This document shows positions 1-9,033 of a stretch of DNA of 42,447 nt, in pieces; positions within the stretch are counted from its first letter, which is position 1; each line of letters begins with the position of its first letter. Origin of the DNA: a virus; the IMG/VR virus record IMGVR_UViG_3300045988_116402. One strand, given 5' to 3'. The position numbers and the translations under genes are program-made. Under the pieces are notes generated by a model that did no database searches, was not told where the DNA came from, and saw only the letters and a program-made list of their open reading frames with translations.

Positions 1-76
1 AAATGCTATTTTTGCAAATTCTTTTTCTGCCTCTGTCATTCCTCCGACAATTCTTTTTATATCTTCCGGCTTTAAA
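1..76. repeat. Terminal direct repeat (copy 1), identical to 42372-42447; circular-assembly overlap
   Basis: Base-by-base comparison: aaatgctatttttgcaaattctttttctgcctctgtcattcctccgacaattctttttatatcttccggctttaaa occurs at both ends. Confidence 0.95.
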
Positions 77-3000
77 ATCACAGGTTGCACATCACGATAT
101 AAATTCTTATAATCGTTTTTTCTTAATGCGTTCAAGTTCATAAATGTGTATCCGGCATTCTCCATTGAAGCTTTATTGTTTTCGTTTAACGAATTAAGGT
201 ATATGTCAATGCGTTCGCCGGGTGTCATATAAATTTTTTCGCCTTTATTATCAACTAACCCTGTATCTATTCTCTCCGCTTTTTTACCACCCCAGCTTTT
301 TAATTCTTTTGAATATTCGCTGTTGTTTAAAAATTCATCAAATAGTTGCGTTGCTTCTTTTACATATTTGGTTGCTTTACGCTGGCCGTCAATAAATTCT
401 TCTCTTATCTGTGACATTGCACCGCCCTCATTAAAATTGCCAAGAACATTAAATACAGTAGACATATTGAGGCTTTCGACATTGTAAATCTTATTAAAGA
501 AGTTATTCTTTTTAGCTTTTGCTTCTTTTACTTCAACCTGTGCCTTTGCAGACATATCTTTTGCAAACTCATGTTGAACAGTACCTAAAGTTTTGTTATA
601 GGTAGCAAATTCATGCTGTAAACCTTTTAAAGTATCATCAAGCTCTTTTAAATCGCCATAGCTCATATCCGATACTCTAATTTTATTCAACCTATCTATC
701 TTTTCTTGCAAATCTTTAGAAACAACAAAGTCAGGGTCTTTCGATTGCATTAATTCAACATAAGCTTTTACTTCTATTGCTTCCTTTATAGATTTGCCAC
801 TTATACTTTTAGCTTTAGTGTCAATATTTTTTATTGTATTGCGTACTTTTTCCTGCATTTCCGGAGGCATATACTTTATCTTGCTGTTAAGCTTTCGTGT
901 GTTTTTTAACACTTTGTCACCGAGTTTTGACATTTCTCTTTTCTTTGCCGCACGTTCATTTGCTTCGGCGTGCTTCACATTTATGTCTGTTATTTTGTTC
1001 TCATACTTTCTTTTTGTTTCGGCTTTCGCTCTACCAACCGCCATTCTTGCGGCTAAATCCTGTCTGTCAAGTTTTTCTTTGTTCTCTGCCTTTAATGTCT
1101 TGAGTTTTTCTTTATTATTGGCTTTTATGTCTGTTATTTTGTTCTTGTACCGCTCTTTGGTTTTAGCTAACCTTGCGTTATATTTTTCTATAAGCTTCTT
1201 TTCGGCATCTGTCCTCAGTGTAAACCTCATCACACTACTGCTGTTATTGCCCTTAGCCATTGGTAATGTACGTTTACTTTCGTTTATATGTGCATTGATA
1301 ATGCCTTGATCATGTGGCGTAAAGTCAGTCATTGCTTCTTTTATTTCATTCTCGGTATAGTCTGAATAATTTACATCTACACCTTGCTCGTCATTGGCTG
1401 TTGGTAAGGCATTGTTGTTATCACTTATTGTTATCGGAGAAAGTTCACTTTGTGCCGCTGTCGGTAAAATGGCTATATTTTTTTCTAAATTAGTGTTGTA
1501 ATTTTGGTTTGTATCAGATATACTATTATTAAGCAACGGAATATTGTTATCTCTTAGAGACGCGGTCTTGAAACCGGTTGCGGAGTTATCAATTAAACTT
1601 CCGTTGCTTTTTCTTTTTGTATAAATCACATCACCGTATCTGTCCACAACTTCATGTAAATAATATCTATTTGAAGTGCCAGATTTCTTTACTACTGCGG
1701 CAACATAATTTATCTCTGTTTCACCTGTACCTGTTTTTATCTCAACAGGTGCAGCAAAAATATAGGTATCATATTTTCTGTCTTTCCAATTTGTTTCAAA
1801 GTCAATCTGTTTTCCATTTTCCAAGACAGCAGGAACGGATTTAAACGTTGCGGCTTTTCGTTTTCCAAGACCATGTGCTACACTATCCTTTACTCCAGCC
1901 ACATCTACAACAATATCTCCAAACCCTTTTCTTACAACCTTATTCCCCAGAGAAGCAAAGAACTCACCTACTGTTTCAGTAATTTTTTTGCCGCCTTTTT
2001 GAAATTCTGTGCCTGTTATTGTTGATACAGGCTTCATATCTGATAGCTCTGGTATACTGTCTTTCAGTTTTGTTATAACAGAACGAGTATCATTTGTTCT
2101 TTCTGCTTTGCTGACAGGCATTGAAATATCAGAATTTGACTTCGTATTACCATTCGAATAATTCACCGCTGACATACCATCATTATTGATGTTCACATTC
2201 GCTGTATTCACAGGATACTGTGAACCATACGGCAACATTCCCATATTCGGAATATTTGCATACTGATTGTTTGCCACTGTCGGCAATGTCGTTCCCGATG
2301 TTGCATTTTCTGTTGTATTCCCTCTTACAGATGATTTTATTCCGTTTCCGATATACTCTACTCCGCTATTTAAAACGCTGAATAAGGCATCTGAAATAGC
2401 ATTTTGTACCACTTCATTCCAATTAATCTTGCTGTCCTTATCATATACTGTATCGGCTAAACTATCGGCTACCGTTCGTGCCGCGCCGGCTAAGCCTGAA
2501 CGCACAGCATCCCATGTCAATGCACCGAGAGTTGACGGAGAATAATATTTATAGCCTATGTCTTTTAAGCCGAATATGATAGCATTTTTAGCGTTGCTAT
2601 CTAACGAATTTAACGCCGACATAAGTTCTCCTTGCGTTCCGTTTTTAGCAAGGTTAAAGAAATCCTCGTACCCTATCTTTTTAGCGGCATAATCAAGAGT
2701 ACCGGATACCAAGCCACGACCCAAAGCTTCTGTTGCTGTTTTGCCCTGTTTTGCAAGGTTATATGCTTTACTTCCGGCTGTGTTTGTTGCCATTATTGCA
2801 GTTGGTAACATCGGATTGATAACCGCTGTCGGCAATGTTAATGCCATACTGCTAAGAGATATTCCTATGTCACTTGCTGTTTGTAATGGTTTTGGTAAAC
2901 CTGCTTTCGCTCTATTCTGATTTTCTTCAGCTTCTTGATATAACCTATAACCTAATGTATTTTTACTTGTAGTGTTTCCAAATGAATACTGTGGATTATC

Positions 3001-3585
3001 AAGATTATATGTATAATCGTCAAGTGCAGATCTAATTCCTTGAGTTTTTACTTTGTCTTGCCAATCAGTTAGTGATTGTTTTGCTGTGCCTGCCAACATA
3101 GCACCACCTGCAATAGTTTTGCCGATTGCCGCCGCCGCTCCATAGTCAAGTCTTTTATTCGTCACTGGCTGTGCATCTGCTGCTTTTTTCGCATAAGTGT
3201 TGCTTGCGTTTATATTAGCTATATTTATTTTATCTGCTAAGCTTGCTTTTGGTAATGCCGATAAAGTTGTGGTACCACCATTCCAAGGTTGCGGTCTGAC
3301 TGTTGATGTTGGTTTTACTGTTGTCGCAACAGCACTTTTAGCAAACGAGTTATTCGCTCTGTCGTTTGCAAGCTTAACCCTTTCCATGAGTGATAACTTT
3401 GGTGTTGTTTCTGAAGCTTTGGGTAATACAGACGTTGTTTCGGTTTTAGAAGTTTTGGAAACGGAAGGCGTACCCGAAGATACGCCATTTGTTTTTTTAT
3501 TTACAAAATAATTAGAATTTTTAGTAATTGCCTTATTAGCTTTTTTCTGCTCTTTTCTTAACTCATAATCACTTTTCCAACCCAT
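1..3585 (-). CDS. Giant virion-associated / polyvalent-type protein, N-terminal 1195 codons of a 1904-aa ORF that continues across the circular junction into 42371..40242
   Basis: Manual minus-strand translation from ATG 3585-3583 (GAGGTGA RBS upstream) is stop-free to base 1 (MGWKSDYELRKEQKK...). The last residues, MTEAEKEFAKIAF, lie in the terminal repeat and are the first residues of track ORF 40242..42410. The ORF is absent from the track because it has no stop inside the window. Confidence 0.85.
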   Translation of the reverse strand, partial: MGWKSDYELRKEQKKANKAITKNSNYFVNKKTNGVSSGTPSVSKTSKTETTSVLPKASETTPKLSLMERVKLANDRANNSFAKSAVATTVKPTSTVRPQPWNGGTTTLSALPKASLADKINIANINASNTYAKKAADAQPVTNKRLDYGAAAAIGKTIAGGAMLAGTAKQSLTDWQDKVKTQGIRSALDDYTYNLDNPQYSFGNTTSKNTLGYRLYQEAEENQNRAKAGLPKPLQTASDIGISLSSMALTLPTAVINPMLPTAIMATNTAGSKAYNLAKQGKTATEALGRGLVSGTLDYAAKKIGYEDFFNLAKNGTQGELMSALNSLDSNAKNAIIFGLKDIGYKYYSPSTLGALTWDAVRSGLAGAARTVADSLADTVYDKDSKINWNEVVQNAISDALFSVLNSGVEYIGNGIKSSVRGNTTENATSGTTLPTVANNQYANIPNMGMLPYGSQYPVNTANVNINNDGMSAVNYSNGNTKSNSDISMPVSKAERTNDTRSVITKLKDSIPELSDMKPVSTITGTEFQKGGKKITETVGEFFASLGNKVVRKGFGDIVVDVAGVKDSVAHGLGKRKAATFKSVPAVLENGKQIDFETNWKDRKYDTYIFAAPVEIKTGTGETEINYVAAVVKKSGTSNRYYLHEVVDRYGDVIYTKRKSNGSLIDNSATGFKTASLRDNNIPLLNNSISDTNQNYNTNLEKNIAILPTAAQSELSPITISDNNNALPTANDEQGVDVNYSDYTENEIKEAMTDFTPHDQGIINAHINESKRTLPMAKGNNSSSVMRFTLRTDAEKKLIEKYNARLAKTKERYKNKITDIKANNKEKLKTLKAENKEKLDRQDLAARMAVGRAKAETKRKYENKITDINVKHAEANERAAKKREMSKLGDKVLKNTRKLNSKIKYMPPEMQEKVRNTIKNIDTKAKSISGKSIKEAIEVKAYVELMQSKDPDFVVSKDLQEKIDRLNKIRVSDMSYGDLKELDDTLKGLQHEFATYNKTLGTVQHEFAKDMSAKAQVEVKEAKAKKNNFFNKIYNVESLNMSTVFNVLGNFNEGGAMSQIREEFIDGQRKATKYVKEATQLFDEFLNNSEYSKELKSWGGKKAERIDTGLVDNKGEKIYMTPGERIDIYLNSLNENNKASMENAGYTFMNLNALRKNDYKNLYRDVQPVILKPEDIKRIVGGMTEAEKEFAKIAF

Positions 3586-3602
3586 TTAATCACCTCGTAC
3601 TC

Positions 3603-5573
3603 TTACTTCTTATACGACCTTACTTCGCTTGAAGTATCGTATGTAGGCATATACCAGTATTTATTGTTTGCTTTTACATAATCCCAAGCATTATCTATAT
3701 AACTTTCGCCATAGCCTGCTGCTTCCCATAATGACATCATTTTATAAGCAGCATCTTCACCACTTTTGTTATAAGCCTTTTCTAATTTTTCTATCATTGA
3801 AGTGGTAACCTTAGAGCCTTTTTTAGAACTGCCTGAAGAACTTGATCTTCTTCCAGAGCTGCCGTTAGCTTTTTTTGAGTTTGTAAGACTTCTTCCCTGA
3901 TTTGTAAGTAACTGACCTTCATATTTAGCCTGATTATATTTTGCTTCTAAATCTCTCTGCTGTTTTAAGTATGTCATATCCATTCCTGTTAATTCACCGA
4001 GTAAATCATAATCACCATATTTATATGCCATTTCGATTTGCTGGTTCATTGCTTCGTTCTGTGCTTGGTCGATAGCCGCTAATCGATTAGCTTCGTCCTG
4101 TGCTTTCTGATAGGCAAATTGCTGATCCCACTGATTTTTAGCAAGGGTAAACTCCGCAAGCCATTTATTATAGCTGTTCTGTGCATCTGCCGCCTGCATC
4201 TGTAATGACAGTGAGTTTTGAGCAAGCTGCGAATACATATTAGCTTTTTCCATATTGCCCTCTGCAAGTGCATTAGCTTCTGAAATCTTAAGCTGATTAA
4301 CCGCATTGGTAAACGTATTTTCCGCACTGTTATAGTTTGACATATAATCACTCTTAAGTCCTGCGAGTGTGCTTTCTGCAACACCACCATTAATGCCCAT
4401 TGCTTGCATTTGTGACGGTGCATTATTTAATGACAGCATATAATTGATATAGTTTGCTCTCTGCTGCTTCTCGTTATCGTTTTCGAGTAATCTCTGCTGT
4501 TCTCTGTACTGTGATGATAACGCCGCATTTCGTTCCGCTACTGCATCTTCATAGTTCGCATATATATCGTCCATCTGGTTTCGTATATCGTCCTTTGTAA
4601 GACCGACATAACCATTTGTATTTGCTCCATACTGTGAGTAAATATCATTTAAATTAGGTGTGGTAGGGTTATTAGGGTCTGCACTACCGCCCATTAACTC
4701 ACCCTGTCCTGCAAACTGTAAGCCCTTGTTATAAGCGTTCTGCATTCCGTTTCCGTTATATGCTATATCTGCATATGGATTTTTATAATCCATACCATCA
4801 CGACCGCTTAAAAAGCCTAACTGCATATTAGTCTGATCGTACATATTACCAAACTGATTATCTGCTGTGTATCGTCCACCATCTGTGCCGTCACCAAAGC
4901 CGGAATATAAACCATCACCTGTCGAAGTACGTCCATAGTTATAACCGTTTCCGGTAAGCGAACCGGTGCCGTAGGTTGACGAATGAGCGAGCTGTGAGTT
5001 AGGTGCTACCTGTCCACTTGCTATTGCATCATGTAAAGCCTGATTATAGTTCGTTGCGTTTGAATATGTGGTCTTATAAGTACCGTCCGGCTGTTCCCAT
5101 GTGAAAGCTGTCTGACGGGTTGTATAATAGCCTGTCGGGTCTGCATAGCCTTTTGTGCCATCATAATCTATACTCTGCTGTAAATTCCTTATCTGTGAAT
5201 CAGAAGGATTATATGAGAACCTATTGATTGCATTTCCACCGTCCTGACCTATTACATAATTATCCTGTGAAATATTACTCTTTGTGCCATTAAAATTTCC
5301 TGTGTTCTTGTAATTAGAGAAATCGTTATCGGTTAAACCTCTATAATTAAGGTTTTCGCCTTTTATCTTTGCATTACGTTCTGCATTAAGCTGGTTTATT
5401 ACGTCCTGACTTGCTCCACTGGATATTGCTTTCTGTATCTCGGAAGCATAGTCTTTGTTTTTGTCATATGTCGGAATATTTGATATTCCGCTACTGTTCG
5501 ATCTGCCGGAACTTGTATTTGTAGTTCTATTTTTACGCTGGTCAGCCGTTACTGTAACAGTTTGTCCTGCCAT
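3603..5573 (-). CDS. Large structural/internal virion protein candidate (G/N/Y/S-rich N-terminal half, Q/A-rich coiled-coil C-terminal half)
   Basis: 656-aa ORF with an AAGGGGGTG RBS, tightly coupled downstream of the endolysin and upstream of the giant ORF. No family recognised. Confidence 0.5.
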   Translation of the reverse strand: MAGQTVTVTADQRKNRTTNTSSGRSNSSGISNIPTYDKNKDYASEIQKAISSGASQDVINQLNAERNAKIKGENLNYRGLTDNDFSNYKNTGNFNGTKSNISQDNYVIGQDGGNAINRFSYNPSDSQIRNLQQSIDYDGTKGYADPTGYYTTRQTAFTWEQPDGTYKTTYSNATNYNQALHDAIASGQVAPNSQLAHSSTYGTGSLTGNGYNYGRTSTGDGLYSGFGDGTDGGRYTADNQFGNMYDQTNMQLGFLSGRDGMDYKNPYADIAYNGNGMQNAYNKGLQFAGQGELMGGSADPNNPTTPNLNDIYSQYGANTNGYVGLTKDDIRNQMDDIYANYEDAVAERNAALSSQYREQQRLLENDNEKQQRANYINYMLSLNNAPSQMQAMGINGGVAESTLAGLKSDYMSNYNSAENTFTNAVNQLKISEANALAEGNMEKANMYSQLAQNSLSLQMQAADAQNSYNKWLAEFTLAKNQWDQQFAYQKAQDEANRLAAIDQAQNEAMNQQIEMAYKYGDYDLLGELTGMDMTYLKQQRDLEAKYNQAKYEGQLLTNQGRSLTNSKKANGSSGRRSSSSGSSKKGSKVTTSMIEKLEKAYNKSGEDAAYKMMSLWEAAGYGESYIDNAWDYVKANNKYWYMPTYDTSSEVRSYKK

Positions 5574-5585
5574 AAAAACACCCCC

Positions 5586-6182
5586 TTACTTAAGTGCTCT
5601 AACAATCATTGCTGTCACCTGTTCCCTTGTTGCAAATGACTGTGGCTGTGTGCCGTCTGTTATGCCCAATTCTTTGGCTTTTTCTACTTCCGATTTAGCC
5701 CAATTACTACACGCTTTTTTTGAGCGTTCTGCCAAATAGTTATCCATCATTTTATTAAATTCCGCCTGTGTCATTTCCTCAACCTCCTTTACTGGTGCTT
5801 TCCAATTCTGCGATACTTCAAAGTGTGGATAGTCCGGCGAGCTTTCCCAAGTACCGCCCCACGTTATCCCCAATTTTGCGGCTATTTCTCCACATTTTCT
5901 TAATACTGACATATTGTAAAGGTCTTTTCCTTTACAAGCTATATCCCACGCCCTTCGGCTGGTGTGACGGCTGTGCTTAGTCCATGTCACTACGTTTAAT
6001 CTTTTGCCGTTGCTATCCCAGAGCTTTGTTCTGCCCTGCTCATATAGTTCGTTTTGTCGCTCCTGCGAACGGTATGTTTCAGTTATGAATATATCAAGCC
6101 CAGACTTTTTACATTCATTTAAAAAAAGCCTACAAGCCGCCTGTGCGACGGCTGTAAGCTCGTTGATGTCCCTGCAAGTCAT
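5586..6182 (-). CDS. Endolysin: peptidase M15 (VanY / L-alanyl-D-glutamate peptidase-like) with one C-terminal SLH-like repeat
   Basis: Motifs FITETYRSQERQNELY, SRHTSRRAWDI and DYPHFEV are typical of M15 zinc peptidases. The C-terminus WAKSEVEKAKELGITDG...FATREQVTAMIVRA resembles an S-layer-homology repeat. The gene is adjacent to holin-like genes. Confidence 0.8.
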   Translation of the reverse strand: MTCRDINELTAVAQAACRLFLNECKKSGLDIFITETYRSQERQNELYEQGRTKLWDSNGKRLNVVTWTKHSRHTSRRAWDIACKGKDLYNMSVLRKCGEIAAKLGITWGGTWESSPDYPHFEVSQNWKAPVKEVEEMTQAEFNKMMDNYLAERSKKACSNWAKSEVEKAKELGITDGTQPQSFATREQVTAMIVRALK

Positions 6183-6186
6183 ATAA

Positions 6187-6447
6187 TCACTCCTTGTTTA
6201 TCAAATTTCTAAACATTTCATAAAGTCCTGTGCTTGCAAGACCGCTAAAAAGTCCGCCTAAAAGGATTTCAGCGGTGAAAACTTTGTTTACCCATACATT
6301 TATTAATACGCCGACAATTCCCATGACAAGCGGAATAAAGCGGTTAATATTGTCATTGGGTACAATGTTTTTGATTATGTAACCAAGGCATAAACAAATG
6401 CCAACAATAAGCGGTATAGCAAAGTTAGTTAAAAATGTAATATCCAT
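6187..6447 (-). CDS. Holin (small multi-TM protein)
   Basis: 86 aa with 2-3 hydrophobic helices and a charged C-terminus, immediately upstream of the endolysin. Confidence 0.7.
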   Translation of the reverse strand: MDITFLTNFAIPLIVGICLCLGYIIKNIVPNDNINRFIPLVMGIVGVLINVWVNKVFTAEILLGGLFSGLASTGLYEMFRNLINKE

Positions 6448-6450
6448 ACT

Positions 6451-6693
6451 TCATCTTCCTTTCTGCTGTTCAAGTTTTTCCAAATCGTCAATTCTATGAT
6501 TAGCTACTTTCATCTGTTCCTCAAGAACCGGCACACGTTTTGCAAAATTATTATGCTCTCTTACCTCTCTTGTAAGTTCTTTCAGTTTTGTGTCTGTTAC
6601 CGCTTGTGACTTACTATTGGCAATCAGTACGCCAAACAGTGTTATTGCCCCTGTTATAAGTGCCACTATTATATTTTCCATACAACCCTCCAC
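6451..6693 (-). CDS. BhlA/XhlA-like holin-associated protein (N-terminal TM helix plus coiled coil)
   Basis: 80 aa; TM segment IIVALITGAITLFGVLIA followed by a charged coiled coil. Located in the lysis cassette. Confidence 0.5.
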   Translation of the reverse strand: MEGCMENIIVALITGAITLFGVLIANSKSQAVTDTKLKELTREVREHNNFAKRVPVLEEQMKVANHRIDDLEKLEQQKGR

Positions 6694-6713
6694 TTATTTT
6701 CACCTCTTGTCAT

Positions 6714-7496
6714 TTAGTATTCCTTCAATTTAACTTTCAAGTCTGCCGCACTTTCTATGCGTGTATAATGCGGATATGACTTAATCGCCTTGTAAGCGGC
6801 AAGCTCTGCGGCTGTAAGCGGTGTTTCAATGGGTGTGGCGAGAACTCCACATACTTCAAATGGCAATAACGGTGTTAGATATGATTTAAGTGTATCTACT
6901 GTGTAATCAGTATTTTGGGGCGGTGATATGTATAATCCTGTGGTGTTGACTGCACCTACCCATTTTAATGGTTGTGGCTTTCCCCAAGCAAAATAAGATG
7001 CAATAGCGATTATACTTTTCACGTTTCCGGAACCATAACCAGAAAGAATAGTCCAGTCCACATATCTTCCTTTCAATTCTGTTTCCTGAAGTCTATCAAG
7101 AGTTTTAACAGTACTTTTCTTAACTCTCTGTACATATACCCCACGTTCAAAATCTACCTCATCACATATCCATTGCTGCCCCGTACTATCTGTATAATTA
7201 CCGCCGGTGTCAACAGGTATGCCGCAAAGTCCATTAGGTGTATTGATTGTAAGCGTTTGGCTATTGCCGTTATTGTCTGATACCACCACATCTACACTCC
7301 CACCGTCACCTATGCTATTGATAGGAATAGGATTTTCTGGACTTGGGACACCATTCTGCGTACTTTTTCCATATACCTTAAGTCCCAACTCTGCACGATA
7401 TGTATTTTCTGCCACTATATCTGTGCCTTGATATTCATGCTCTTTTGCATGGTAGCGATTGTTGCCATGCAGCAATAACATATTATCACTTATCAC
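6714..7496 (-). CDS. Tail fibre / receptor-binding protein candidate
   Basis: 260 aa, start overlaps the upstream fibre gene. N-terminal motif GKSTQNGVPSPENPIPI is common in Firmicutes phage distal tail proteins (recalled from memory). Last structural gene before lysis. Confidence 0.45.
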   Translation of the reverse strand: MISDNMLLLHGNNRYHAKEHEYQGTDIVAENTYRAELGLKVYGKSTQNGVPSPENPIPINSIGDGGSVDVVVSDNNGNSQTLTINTPNGLCGIPVDTGGNYTDSTGQQWICDEVDFERGVYVQRVKKSTVKTLDRLQETELKGRYVDWTILSGYGSGNVKSIIAIASYFAWGKPQPLKWVGAVNTTGLYISPPQNTDYTVDTLKSYLTPLLPFEVCGVLATPIETPLTAAELAAYKAIKSYPHYTRIESAADLKVKLKEY

Positions 7497-9019
7497 GCAA
7501 TCACCGTCCTTGACCAGTTGTAATAACTGCCATCATACAAAAACGTATACTGATACATACCACCTGTTGGTAAGTCCATATAGTCATAGTCGTAAGCTTT
7601 CTTGCTGTTTTCCGGCAGTGTTATATCTAAGTCTGTCTGTATAAGCCCGACCGCTCCGTTATACACGTTACTGATACTTACAAGGTCAGCAGTAAGCTTG
7701 ATTTTGTCAGCCGCCGAATAATCCCACACACCATCATCAACAATCACAAAACTTTCATATCGTTTAGGCTTATTAATTAAGTCGGTATAACTTCCCGTTG
7801 TTGCGACAGTGGCAAGCTGCAAGATGTTAAGCAGGTAATCCTTAGACGGAGCAACAAGCTGTATGTCAGTCAGCCATACCCAAGTAGGATTACTTAACGC
7901 CGTACCATCTATTGCCGTTGTATAGTACATATAAGCAGATTGTACATCACCCAGCACAAAACAAATGTCCTTTTCTTTGGGATTTGCGATAGCTCGCATC
8001 TCATCAATAGTCTGTGCAATGTATATTGTTGGCATTAAGCCTATAAGCTTACGTTGCTCTTCGAGGATAGCCCGGCTTTCCACAATCATTTCCGACACCT
8101 CTGTTTTATCTGTGCCGACCTGTACGGCGAGTTGTTTTGTCGTAGTTACGTTAGTGTCGGTCTTATCCTTGTTGAGTGAGGCTGAATTGGCTTGTTCCAC
8201 AGCAGTGTCTTTTGCTATTATTGCATCGTTTTTGGCTGCAACAGCTTCATTTTTTGCAGTGATTGTATCTTGCTTCGCAATCAAAATATCACTTTTAGCA
8301 TTTAATACAATTTCTTTATCCGCCGAAACTTGATTAGCAGTATCTACCACTGTATTTTTTGCGTTTTCAGCTGTTGTAGCTGACTCTATTGCTTTATTTG
8401 ACAAGTTGGTAGCTGTCGCAATCTGTCCCTCGACGCTATCCTTAGCTTTACTCGTTTCAACTGCAAGAGCTTTTGTTTGAGATAAAAACTCATAGGTTTG
8501 CTGTTTATTGTTTTCAGCGTATTTTGCGTGTTCTAACGCCTCTTGCTCTGACTTTTCTGCGTTTAATGAGTATGTCTGAGCAAGGTCAACATACCCCTTT
8601 ATCTGCTCGGTTGATACATTAAGATACTGTGCTGTATCTGTCTGCATAACATAATAGTTATCATCTTGATTAATATTCGGAGCATTGCCGGTAATTATCT
8701 CGGTCGCAACTGTTTTTCTTATGGGAATTTTTGTATAGATTGTTTTTGATACACTTTTATCTTTAAAATTTAACTGCGCTTCATACAATATGTTTTTATT
8801 TCCATCAAACGATAGTGTGTCCTGTTGTGTACATGGGACTATAAACGCTCCATCCAGATATTTAACTGCACCGCTGTTATCCGCTTGGTACTTTTTCTGC
8901 ACTAATGGTGTTTCGTCGATACCGATACTAAACGAAAATATAGCATTATCAATAAGAGTAATATCCATATCCTTTACACTGGTTTTGATTACGCAAGTGC
9001 TACCCGGTATAATTGCCAT
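7493..9019 (-). CDS. Tail fibre/spike protein with long Ala/Lys/Thr-rich coiled-coil shaft
   Basis: 508 aa. The central segment AKDSVEGQIATATNLSNKAIESATTAENAKNTVVDTANQ... is a fibre-type coiled coil. GGAGGTGAT RBS. Confidence 0.55.
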   Translation of the reverse strand: MAIIPGSTCVIKTSVKDMDITLIDNAIFSFSIGIDETPLVQKKYQADNSGAVKYLDGAFIVPCTQQDTLSFDGNKNILYEAQLNFKDKSVSKTIYTKIPIRKTVATEIITGNAPNINQDDNYYVMQTDTAQYLNVSTEQIKGYVDLAQTYSLNAEKSEQEALEHAKYAENNKQQTYEFLSQTKALAVETSKAKDSVEGQIATATNLSNKAIESATTAENAKNTVVDTANQVSADKEIVLNAKSDILIAKQDTITAKNEAVAAKNDAIIAKDTAVEQANSASLNKDKTDTNVTTTKQLAVQVGTDKTEVSEMIVESRAILEEQRKLIGLMPTIYIAQTIDEMRAIANPKEKDICFVLGDVQSAYMYYTTAIDGTALSNPTWVWLTDIQLVAPSKDYLLNILQLATVATTGSYTDLINKPKRYESFVIVDDGVWDYSAADKIKLTADLVSISNVYNGAVGLIQTDLDITLPENSKKAYDYDYMDLPTGGMYQYTFLYDGSYYNWSRTVIA

Positions 9020-9033
9020 ATCATCACCTCCAT

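Noticed and set aside
1190-1225. CUGAGGA...GAAA on the minus strand as a hammerhead variant
   Set aside because: The sequence between the core elements (CAGAUGCC) cannot form stem II, and it lies inside the giant ORF.
2120-2127. ATTGAAAT, the 3' handle of type I-C CRISPR repeats, looked for as a solitary-repeat RNA anti-CRISPR to go with the Cas8c-like gene
   Set aside because: There is no preceding GC-rich palindrome, and it lies antisense inside the giant ORF. A second hit (ATTGAAAC on the minus strand, 6823-6830) is inside a fibre gene with only a 4-bp stem. Both are chance matches.
794-3511. Plus-strand track ORFs 794..1309, 897..1103, 1578..1844, 2267..2545 and 3197..3511
   Set aside because: Their products are low-complexity Leu/Phe/Ser-rich sequences with no RBS. 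All lie antisense to the continuous 1195-codon minus-strand frame, so they are shadow ORFs of the giant gene.
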